In this document: positions 12,720-23,270 of the stretch, in pieces
Layout of the letters: every line of letters starts with the position of its first letter
How positions within the stretch are numbered: the first letter of the stretch is position 1
Assembly: GCF_902713615.1 (NCBI RefSeq)
Contig: NC_052160.1
Span: 103,642,708-103,706,707, forward strand
Source of the DNA: Scyliorhinus canicula
Taxonomy: Eukaryota
Reading direction: 5' to 3'
Length of the DNA stretch: 64,000 nt
The notes under the pieces: generated by a model
What the model saw: the letters and a program-made list of their open reading frames with translations, nothing else
Told to the model about the DNA's origin: nothing
Databases searched by the model: none
Position numbers and translations under genes: made by a program

Positions 12720-12887
12720 GGGTTAGATTCTCCGCCCCACCTCGCCACATTTCTGTTTTACCCCGCTGGCGGGTGCTCCGTTACACCGGCTAGTCAATGG
12801 GGTTTCCCATTGTCGGCAGCTCCACGCCTTCAGAAAACCCTGGGCTGCCAGCAAAATGGAGCATCCCACCGGCAGAGAATCCAGCCC
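12720..12887. mobile_element. PIF/Harbinger-type MITE
   Basis: TIRs gggttagattctc / gagaatccagccc; 3-bp TSD ATT on both sides; central palindrome caatggggtttcccattg. Confidence 0.88.
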
Positions 12888-13019
12888 ATTATCTTTTGTA
12901 TGCCTAATACAAAAAAAATGCAGTAAGGACAAGTCGCAACAAATTTGTGCATTTTGCTTGTCGAATGATCAAGCAAAGAACAAATCATTTGTTTTACTTA
13001 ATTACCCATTACATCATTT

Positions 13020-13598
13020 GGGCAGCACGGTAGTATTAGAACATAGAACATAGAACAGTACAGCACAGAACAGGCCCTTCGGCCCTCAATGTTGTGCCGA
13101 GCCATGATCACCCCACTTAAACCCACGTAACCCCGTAACCCAACAATCCCCCCATTAACCTTACACTACGGGCAATTTAGCATGGCCAATCCACCTAACC
13201 CGCACATCTTTGGACTGTGGGAGGAAACCGGAGCACCCGGAGGAAACCCACGCACACACGGGGAGGTTGTGGATAGCACAAATGCTTCACAGCTCCAGGG
13301 TCCCAGGTTCGATTCCAGCTTGGGTCACTGTCTGTGCGGAGTCTGCACGTCCTCCCCATGTGTGCGTGGGTTTCCTCCGGGTGCTCCGGTTTCCTCCCAC
13401 AGTCCAAAGATGTGCAGGTTAGGTGGATTGGCCATGATAAATCGCCCTTAGTGTCCAAAATTGCCCTTAGTGTTGGGTGGGGTTACTGGGTTATGGGGAT
13501 AGGGTGGAGGAGTTAACCTTGGGTAGGGTGCTCTTTCCAAGAGCTGGCGCAGACTCGATGGGCCGAGTGGCCTCCTTCTGCACTGTAAATTCTGTGAT
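13020..13598 (+). mobile_element. HE1 V-SINE interrupted in its A-box by an antisense HE1 fragment (13038-13265)
   Basis: ggcagcacggtagtatt|agaacatagaac...cacggggag|gttgtggatagcac; the host SINE continues to its tail. Confidence 0.92.
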
Positions 13599-15056
13599 AT
13601 TTTACCGACAGAAAGAACATGTAATGATCACCCAGGTGCCCTGAATAAGTAAGCACTCATTGTTCGGAGTAGAAGAGTGGCGGACATTAAATAAGCACTC
13701 TGGTAAAAGGAAGCATTTGACTCCTAGAATTTAGTGCCCCATTCACTCATTACTCATCCTGTTCTCTGGTTAGGTCACAAATCTTACTTTATGTCGCACC
13801 GGTTTGGCTCAATAGTCTGATACACCACAGGCTAATGCAATGCAGGTTTTTACTTATGATTCACTGTGCAGTAAGATCCTGATCACATTGCAGACACGAG
13901 TGAGATGCAGCAAGTGAAAGCTGGGCATGACCCAATGAGAAAAAGACAGAACATTGACGGGCATGCCACCAAGACCACTTTCATAAACCTTGTGGATGGC
14001 GGCAGCTTGGCAATATTCCTTCCATGGTAAGAATCCAAAAAATTACTTTGTATTATGTCTCCAATCCCTATTTCCTGAAGCTAAGTGGAGTGGTATGCCT
14101 TAAAATTGCATAATTGGATGAAGGTCTTTTTAGAGTCATGTCTTTCTTTTCATTGCAGTTACCCAGCCACAACCCGAATCCAGCGACTCCTCCATCTTTC
14201 CACAGAGGCTGCTACTGCTTCCCATCACAGCCTATGAAATGGGCTCGGGTGCACTGCAGAGGCGGGAATAAGTGACTACTGTTCAGCTAATTCCACTTTG
14301 AAAATGCCAGCACTGGCATAGACAGAGAAGTTACTACCCTGTTTAAAATTAATTGAGCAAAGCAAAAAAAAACACATTGCATTCCAACATTTTCAGTGGC
14401 AAGCAGTGGAATAAAAATTTAAAAAACATAAAGAATACACGCCTTCAGGTTTTTCATTCTTTCGCTGTAGCTTTTTGCAATGTCCCAATTTTAAACTACC
14501 TGATTTTCCATTGAAAATCAGCTCTTGTAAAGCTGGATTTGATGGGATTTCAGTCTTAGTTAATTAGTTGACCAATTTCACAAATCAATTGTGAACAAAT
14601 TACAAGGCTAATACATTCAATTTGTAATTGCTTTTCCCAATTGCTTTAAAGCACAGGAAGGTTATTGTCCACTGCACTCCTTTGTAGCATTACATAAACA
14701 GTCCTGAAACATTACTACGGCAGTTTCAGCAATTATGTTGCATTTATACCAAAATACTTGTTCAATTTGTGGACTTGAAACAGTTTGATTATTAACACTC
14801 AACAGCTTACAGTTAAAAAAAATCAGCTCGTTACAGAATGTCCAACAAAAACCCTCCATAATGCTGTCTTAAATTAACTGCAAATCCACGTATTAGCCAC
14901 TAGAGTGACGTACACATTGTACCCTTGAAAAAACTCTTTCACTCAACGTCCCTCAATCAACATCACTAAAATAGGTAAACTAGTCATTGTCACATTGCTG
15001 TTTATGGAACCATGTTGTGTATCAATTAGCTGCCATATTTTTTACATTACAGAAGT

Positions 15057-16305
15057 AACTTGAGGAGCTTACATATTACAGAGAATGAGGTGCTGGAGGT
15101 ATTAAAGCACATCAAGATAGATAAATCCCCAGAACCTGATGAAATGTATCCCAGGACGTTGCGGGAGGCGAGGGAGGAAGTTGCCGGCCCAGCGATGAGA
15201 TATTTGAATCATCGACAGCCACAGGAGAGGTGCCTGAAGATTAGAGAGTAGCAAATTTTGTGCCCTTGTTTAAGAAGGGCTTTAGGGATAAGCCTGGGAA
15301 CTACAGACCGGTTAGCTTTACTTCTGTAGTGGGTAAATTGTTAGAACATTCGGAGGGACAGGATCTACAGGCATTTAGACAGGCAAGGGCTAATTAGGGA
15401 AAGTCAGCATAGCTTTATAAGGAGAAAGTCATGTCTCACTAATTTGATTGAGTTTTTTGACGGGGTAACCACGAAGGTAGGTGAGAGCAGTGCAGTCGGC
15501 ATTGTCTACATGGACTTTAGCAAGGCCTTTGACAAGGTGCCGCATGGTAGGTTGTTGCAAAAGGTTAAATTTCACGGAATCCAAGGTGGGGTAGCCAATT
15601 GGGTACAAAATTGGCTTGGCGACCGAAGCCAAAGGGTGGTTGTGGAGGGTGTTTTTTCAAACTGGAGGCCTGTGACCAATGGTGTGCCTCAGGGATCAGT
15701 GCTGGGTCTACTGTTATTTGTTATATATACTAATGATTTGGATGAGAATGTAGGAGGTATGGTTGGTAAGTTTGCAGATGATACCACGATTGGTGGCATA
15801 GTGGACAGTGAAGAAGGTTATGTAAAGTTGCAACAGGATCTTGACCAATTGGGCCAGTGGGCGATGAATGGCAGATGGAGTTTAATTTGGATAAATGCGA
15901 GGTGATGCATTTTGGTAGATCAAATCAGGGCAGGACCTACTTAGTTAATGGTAGGGAGTTGGGAGAGTTACAGAACAAAGAGATGTAGGGGTATGGGTTC
16001 ATAGCTCCTTGAAGGTGGAGTCGCAAGTGGACAGGATGGTGAAGAAGGCATTCAGCATGCGAGGCTTTATTGGTTAGAATATTGAATACAGGAGTTGGGA
16101 CGTCTTGTTGAAGTTGTACAAGACATTAGTAAGACCATACATGGAATACTGTGTTCAGTTCTGGTCACCCTATTATAGGAAGGATATTGTTAAACTAGAA
16201 AGAGTTCTGAAGAGGTTTACGAGGATGCTACCAGGACTTGTTGGTCTGAGCGATAAGGAGAGGCTGGATAGGCTGGGACTTTTTTCCTGAAGCATAGGAG
16301 GCTGA
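15057..16305 (+). mobile_element. CR1 LINE ORF2 RT fragment, truncated at both ends
   Basis: [50 protein letters not shown]. Confidence 0.93.
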
Positions 16306-16654
16306 CTGGGGTGGCCGAGGAAGAACGGTCACCAATGCAGAGGTCGCTGCAGAGGTCAGGATACATTGGGCCCAGCCGGAGGACCTGCCAAACGTGAGCT
16401 GTTATTGCCATACAGACTGACCCATCCTTCCCACTGACCAAATGTCCATTCTTCTGCAGGTCCTTCAGCCGATGGCGCTGACCCATCCAGCGCGGGCCCC
16501 TTCCTGCCTCCCATGAGAGCATCTCCGAGGAGATCTCCGAGAATGCCATGATCGATGTGTCACAGCTGTCATCTCCACCCTCCACCAGCGCAGAAACTCG
16601 CACCTCAGTGGGAAATGTTAGTGGACAGACTTCTGGGCGCAATCTAGTGAGCAT
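16302..16654 (+). mobile_element. Harbinger Myb/SANT-gene internal fragment
   Basis: Translates SQLSSPPSTSAETRTSVG, similar to SQWPPTPSTIPKALTSVG in the Harbinger element (ORF 37826..38170). Confidence 0.65.
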
Positions 16655-17531
16655 TGATGCACTATCAATTACCAGAAAGATGAGAGTAGTGGAATAAGTG
16701 AGGCTTTATTGAGATTCTCCGCAAATGCGGAGAGTCGTAAATGCTGCCGTGAAACCGGCCGGGAACGGGACCCGATTCTCCCCCCCCCCCCCAATCGGGG
16801 CTAGGAGCGGGACCCCGGGAATCACGGCGTCGCGGCCTTAACGACCGTCGTTAAGGCCGCGCGCCAAGCCAGCTCCAAACCGCGCATGCGCGGGTGATGT
16901 CATCACGCCATTGACGGAACCCGAGCATGCGCGGTTCCGCATTTCTCCACCGCCGCCCGACAAGATGTGGCGGCTTGATCTTGTCAAGCGGCGGAGTGGA
17001 AATAGTACGTCCCTTTTGGACGCAGGCCCAACGATCGGTGGGCACCCATCGCGGGCCTGTCCCCTCCCAAGCACAACGGTGGTGCTCCCGCCCCAAACGG
17101 GCTTCTGGATGCCCCAAACGGGCATCCAGAACCCGGTTTTACGATGGCAGCGAGCAGGTGTGTTTGCAGCCGTGAAAAAACGGGCATAAAGGCCCGGCCG
17201 CTCGGCCCATCGGCCGCGGAGAATCGCCGCTCGCCGTAAAAAACGGCGAGCGGCGATTCGTGACGTGGGTCAGGCGAGGGGCGGGAGAATAGCGGGAGGG
17301 CGTGAAAAATGTCGGGAGGCCCTCCCGCTATTCTCCCAACCGGCGTGGGGGGCGGAGAATCGCGTCCATTGTGTCTCCTGTAGCTGCCACCAGAATGGCT
17401 GCAGCACCGGCGAGCACACACATTTATACGCCACCTACTGGGTGGAGCCAGCAGGCAGGGGTTTACCCATTTACCTCTAGTATACATGTCTTACCGTAAT
17501 ACATGTAATACTGCTAGTGGTGACTACCACA
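16655..17531 (-). repeat. Gypsy 3' LTR, interrupted by a MITE
   Basis: Starts tgatg and ends accaca followed by ttcaccccctg, the same ends and PPT as LTR 10659-10950; reverse AATAAA at ~16705. Confidence 0.8.
16711..17367. mobile_element. CpG-rich non-autonomous Harbinger-type element
   Basis: gattctccgc ... gcggagaatcgcgtcc termini (left end clipped); several perfect internal hairpins. Confidence 0.82.
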
Positions 17532-18195
17532 TTCACCCCCTGTTAAGAAAAAGAGTCCGGCTGAGGTGGTGGAAAAAAGAATTACAAGTTCAGTCTGTCG
17601 GGGGCCTTGACCCTCCTCTGCGATCGCCTCAGTCCTGGTGGTGATGTGGGCGCTGACTTGGTCACCTGTGACTCCGGGAGCATGTTGTCCTCGTCTTCGT
17701 CACCCCTGAGTGGAACCAATGGGAGGACGGATCCTCCTGGGGTGGGGGCTGCGGTGAGGTTTGCTGGGGGGAGGGGGAGTGGCACAGGGGTGAATGAGGC
17801 AACCAGGGGTGGGTGGGGGGGGGGGCTACTGGGGGGCGGTGTCAGGTAGGGGGCTGTGGATGGTGATCCAGCGTGTGCCAGGTCCCGGAGGGAGACTGTG
17901 TCCTGGTGCCCGTCGGGGTGTGCCATGTAGGCGTACTGCGGCTTCGCGTGTAGGAGGTGGACCCTTTCGACCAAAGGGTCCGATTTATGGGTCCGCACAT
18001 GCTTGCGAAGGAGGACGGGTCCAGGAACTGTCAGCCATGTTGGGAGTGAGACCCCGGAGGTGGACTTCCTGGGGAAGGCAAAGAGACATTCATGAGGGGT
18101 CTCGTTAGTCGCAGTGCAGAAGGGCGATTGGATGGATTGAAGTGCGTCGGGGAGGACCTCTTGCTAGCGGGAGACCGGGAGATTTTTAGACCACA
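17532..18195 (-). mobile_element. Gypsy integrase C-terminal fragment, related to 10994-11671
   Basis: RTHKSDPLVERVHLLHAKPQYAY..DTVSLRDLA..LRRSQRRVKAPDRLNL. Confidence 0.92.
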
Positions 18196-19005
18196 AGTTA
18201 TTGGCTAAAGTCTTGGCCCCGCAGATTGAGGATGGTGTCCCGGGGGTGATAGGAGAAGACCAGACGGGTTTGTTAAGGGGAGGCATCTGTCGGCTAGCGT
18301 TAGGCGCTTGTTCAATGTTATAATAATGCCCGGGGAAGGACGGAATGTGGAGGGGGCGGTCACTATGGATGTGGAGAAGGCCTTTGATCATGTGGAATGG
18401 GAATATCTGTGGGAGGTACTGAGACGGTTTATGTTCGGGCAGGGGTTTGTGGACTGGGTCCCATTGCTGTATCAGCGCCGGCAGTGTGTGTAAGGACTAA
18501 TCGTGTGATCTTGGGGTATTTTAGGCTGTCTCATAGGACAAGGCAGGCAGGGATTGATGTCTGGTGTGCTCAAGGTGAAGGTGGTCCCAAGTCCAGAAAT
18601 GGGAATTTTTTGAGTGTCGGAAGATCCTGGAGTCCAGGAGGTGAGAGAGGCCGACATTGTGGTTTTTGCCTCTTTTGGTGCCCAGAGACGGATCTTGTTG
18701 GAATGGAGGGACTAGGGGCCACCGGGTGTGGGTGAGAAACCTCACAGAGTTCCCCAGGGTGGAGGAAGTTCACCTTCAGAGGGTCTGTGGAAAGGTTTGT
18801 CTGGAGATGGAAACTGTTTATTGATTTCTTCCAGGATAGTTAAGTGGGGGGGGGAGGGGGCGTGGTTATTTTGGGGTTAAAAACAAAAGGAGGCTGAGTG
18901 AGTGGAGGATAACAATAGGAATGGTGGGGAGAGGGGATGGTGATTATTTATTTCTTATAAGATTTCCTGTTTGTTTTCTTTTTGGTTTTGGTTATGTTTG
19001 ATGTT

Positions 19006-19036
<31 letters not shown>

Positions 19037-19090
19037 ATATATATTTATATATAAATATGCCTGAATAAAAACATTTATTAAAAGAATAAA
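18195..19090 (+). mobile_element. L1-clade LINE fragment (RT start, ORF2 end, 3' UTR)
   Basis: KLLAKVLA..VIGEDQTGFVKGR..DVEKAFDHVEWEYLWEVLRRF; G/T-rich UTR with AATAAA at ~19064. Confidence 0.85.
19006..19053. repeat. (TA)n microsatellite
   Basis: Directly visible; lies in the L1 3' UTR. Confidence 0.95.
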
Positions 19091-19099
19091 CACATTGAT

Positions 19100-20510
19100 G
19101 ATTTATTTTCTGTGGAATGAATGATGGCCAGTCTTTCTTTGTCAATCTGGAAATATTTCCTTTAGGTATCTGACAGTGTTCAGGATGTGAAGGCGACCGG
19201 CCTTTCCACATCAGCTTCCATTTTGTGTGAAAGTACCACACCGATACCGTATGGAGATGCATCTCAAGTAACAACAATGGGTTGAACTTGACCAGTAAGG
19301 TTGATGACTGCAGGCCTGCTTGACCTGATCAAAAGATGTCCTCTGAGTCTCGTCCCACTTCCAACACTGGTACTTATTGAAACGTTGATGCAAGGGTGCC
19401 AAAATGATCGACAGGTTGGGCAAAATGCGGCTGTAATAATTGACCATCGCGAAAGACTTCAATTCCGATGCATTCATTGGCTCTAGAACACCTTTTATTT
19501 ATTTTATCTTATCTTCAAGCAGGTGTAACCCCTTTGCATCAACTCTGAAACCTAAATAAGTAACTTCACCAGCGTGATATGTGCACTTTCCCCACTGTAA
19601 CCAAATACCAGCTTCTTCAAACCTCTTCAGGACTTCTTCCAAATTTGCTTTGTGCTCCTCTGGTGTTATTAGAACATCATCTAGATGCCGGACAATCTTT
19701 GGAATTTTCTGCAATAGGCTCTCCATTGTGCACTGGAATATCGCACATGCTGGCGAGATACCGAAAAGCATATTGGACCAACCGTTTATGGTTTTCTTAT
19801 AGTAGCGAACAATCCTGACTCTTCTTTCAGCTCAAGCTGCTGGTACACATGGCTTAAATCTGACTTGGTGTAATTAAGACCTCCAGTCAACTTAGCAAAT
19901 AAACCATCAATCCTGGGTATAGGAATTTACCTACTTTCGCCACCTTGCTCACCGTTATCCTACAATCACCACAGATTCGGACTGTGCGATCTGGCTTTAA
20001 CACTCGGACGATGGGTGCTGCCCATTCTGAAAATTGTATTGGAGTAATTACCTCCAGGTCCTCCAGATGCTCCACTCTATTTTCTGATGTAGAGCATAAG
20101 CCGGAAAAATGTTAGTGTTGCTTCTGGCTCTCCATAGATCTTTGCCTTTTTGATGCATCCTAATTCTCTCTGGAAGACCTCATGGTATTTTCGTAGAGGT
20201 TCCTGGGAAAACCCGTCAGTGATACTGATTTCTAACCAATTCAATTTGATTTTCTTCAGCCAATCACGTCCTATGAGGGCCTGGCCTCTTTCACTCCATA
20301 ATGATTAATGGTAACTAGGCTGACTGCTTCTGGTACGATACTGGTATGGATGCCGTCCCTAATATCTTCAGTGCCTCTCCAGTATAGGTGGCTCAGATGG
20401 CGGAAGTAATGCTGAGCTTCACAGACTGCAGCCCTCCCGACAGGTACTTAAATGCTATGATTGCAAGAAATTTTAAGACAGATTTACGAAAGGACAGGTA
20501 CAGTTATGTC
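19100..20510 (-). mobile_element. Degenerate Gypsy pol (protease end, RT, RNase H start)
   Basis: SEWAAPIVRVLKPDRTVRICGD, FGISPACAIFQ, HLDDVLI, EVTYLGF, VNYYSRILPNLS; many frameshifts. Confidence 0.9.
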
Positions 20511-22334
20511 TGGAGTTGCAGTGAGGGGTGTTGGGGAAGTGGCATATTTTCAGTTACTCTCTTCCAACAGGAATATTGAAACCTTGGGATAAATATTTGT
20601 ACCATTGCTCTGGAGACAGCTCTGAAGCCCCTTTACTCGTCTCTGGACTGCAAACTTGCTCACAGCATGGTGTGGACTGTTCCCCTGCACAATCCCAAGA
20701 GCTGTTTCTAATGCCTTTCTAAAAAATTAATGTCTTTGTTTCATTTATGTGCAGAATAAATGCCTTTCAATCAGACCAAGCTGTTAGCATTTGCTAAATT
20801 ATTTATTCTCCACTCAACACCATCTGAAACAAACCATGAACTATGCCTGTGTTATGCACAATGTTATATTTCTTTGCCTAGTGCAAGATTAAAGCTAACA
20901 CTACGAGAGACTTCGATCTTGTTTTTCTTCTTCTGCCCTCTATAGTACTCTGCTGCGGCATCGCATCCTTGGGAAGACAGCATGTCCTTTGGGAAAAAGA
21001 ACACACACACACAAATGGAAACCTTACTGGATGCCTGTTGCAGGTTACACAGCTGCCTCAGAAACTCTCTGGCTGTTGCTTTCCCTGTTTACCGACCGCT
21101 GCCCCTCTCCTTTCCTGAAAGCAATGACTCCAGCTTGGTGGTGTGGTTCCTTGGCCTCCAGCAGCACTCTGACATGTTATCCAGCTGGCCATTGTTGATG
21201 TGTGGCAGTAGACAATGAACTTAAAAAGTTACTGGAGAGCATCAAAATCCAATTTTGTTGACAATCTAATTTAAAGAAGAAACCGTGGCTGATGTACTCC
21301 CTCCCTCATAATGTTGCTGAAGTTATGATGAACTATTGCAACGCGGAACAAGAGTCAAACTTGGTTTGATTCAAAGAAGCAGTTCATACGACTATCCTTT
21401 GTTAGATTTTCCCTTTTCTAAACTGCACCATCAGGAAAGCTCAGGTCTGCCTGCCAAAGTGGGTGACTATAATTTTAGTTTTTTCTTCTAAAATGTGACT
21501 GTAAAATCAAGCGCGCTACACAGTACAGTGGTTTCAGTATGCCAAAAGGTTGTAAAAATGCAAGGGTAATCATAACTGGCAGAGTATGCGCGAAACAATG
21601 TCATCTGAGCTGAAATGTTACAGCTAGCTGTTTTTGCTGCATATGTAATGCAGGTCGAAGACGTATTTGTCAACATATGATAGCTCAATTCCCAGAAATA
21701 GTCGCGCCTCTGTTTTCTTTTACCTTTTCCTAGTTGTGGATACATAAGGTTTATGAAACAAGATGGTGAATGAGGATTCTCTGCATCAAACAGAAGGCGG
21801 AGGTTAAGCCAGGCCACGGACTCTCACAAATGACTTTTGAGTCTACTCCCAAAATTCAGCCAAAATATGCCCCGCTGTCAATTAAAACGTGCAATTAATG
21901 CCCACTTAAGGGCCTCATCCAGCCATCATTGGTATTCAACCAGCTGCAGGCAGGGTAGTCACCACGTGGGAAGGCCAAAATGTTAACAGGTTGGTGCTGC
22001 ATGCATGTGGAATGTAGGCTCCCAGCCGGTGGGGTGAGGGAAGGGGGTGTTGAGGGGGTGCGGTGTTGGGGGTGGCGGTGGTTGGTGGGGGTGAAGATGT
22101 GAAAGGCATTTAGTGCCTGATCAAGGGCCGCACCCCCACCAATGTGGTTGACTTCCCCACTTTCTCTCTCCTGCGGCCCCCACTCCTGTCCACCCCACCC
22201 TGCTGTGGGTCCCTCAGTGGCTCTAGGCCTTTCCCTGGCTACGTTACCAACAGCAACCACTGCTCAGACTGGTACTATCAGTAATGCACAGCTGCCAGTC
22301 TCTGGTTGGCCAGCGGCTCTTACAATATAGAATC

Positions 22335-22756
22335 TGTTGTACTGCATACAAAAATGAATACCCTTGTGCACTCCTTACGTCCTGTCAACCTCTAGAATGG
22401 TCCGTTGAGTTGATGACAAAGAATCCACCAATCATTAGATTGAAACAAAACTAATTTATTGTATAACGATTAATTAAATGAAGTTCACACACACTACTGA
22501 GTTAATAATAATGTAATACTGAATCTGTCTAGCAGTAATCAATAATCGAAGTAGTCACTAGTAATAACCTTGTGTAAATCTCTATAACCTATCTTCTTCT
22601 AATGCTGTTCTCTTGCTTTCTCCTTCACTAACACTACCCAGCATTCCCTGAGGTCTGATTTATATACAGAGAAGTGGTGGTGCCCTCTAGTGTTTGAGTT
22701 ACACAGAGATGTAATAATTAACTCTTCACTGACTTGCCTATATACATATCATTACA
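22335..22756 (-). mobile_element. Solo LTR (422 bp)
   Basis: TGT...ACA termini; TSD gaatc/ggatc (4/5); reverse AATAAA (~22455) and reverse TATA (~22659). Confidence 0.75.
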
Positions 22757-22779
22757 GGATCCTCAGTTGAGGGAAAAGG

Positions 22780-23270
22780 AAGATATATCAGATGCACAGC
22801 TGTGGAAGGTGACATAATCAGAACAGATGAACTGGGCCGAGTAATTGCTTTGGAGTGGGAGGAAGAATAATCGCGGTACCTGTGGGAGTCAATGGGCCTA
22901 TTGTAATTTTAGAATACATTACAGAAACCCCGCTCCCAACGAGAGAGATACAAGTAGGTACTTAAGCACACAGTATTGTGCACACAACCAGCATCTGAAG
23001 CCGTTTGAACCATGTTCCAGAAAATGAGAGAGGGAGCATTCATCCGCAAGAAATCTTTATGCCTAGCCTTCTCCTTAGAAAGGGTGTTTTCAAATATAAA
23101 ACATAAATTTGGAGAATAAAACTGGAATAATCCATCTGGTGAAATAATACAGGTAAAAACATTAGCAAAGTTTAAAATGCTGTTGGACACTTAAATGTTT
23201 TAGGACATAGGAGATAGGAACTTCAAGGATCTACTGACTTTTTCTTAACCTTGACTTTTATTATGTTCTA
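22780..23270 (+). mobile_element. Old CR1 3' remnants
   Basis: Tail 'gatgaactgggccgagtaattgct' and KLHNYPSGE..VKTLAKFKMLLD-like CR1 C-terminal sequence. Confidence 0.5.

Noticed and set aside
20520-21380. Possible gag/PBS/5' LTR of the Gypsy element at 19100-20510
   Set aside because: No recognisable gag motif or intact PBS by eye; left unassigned.
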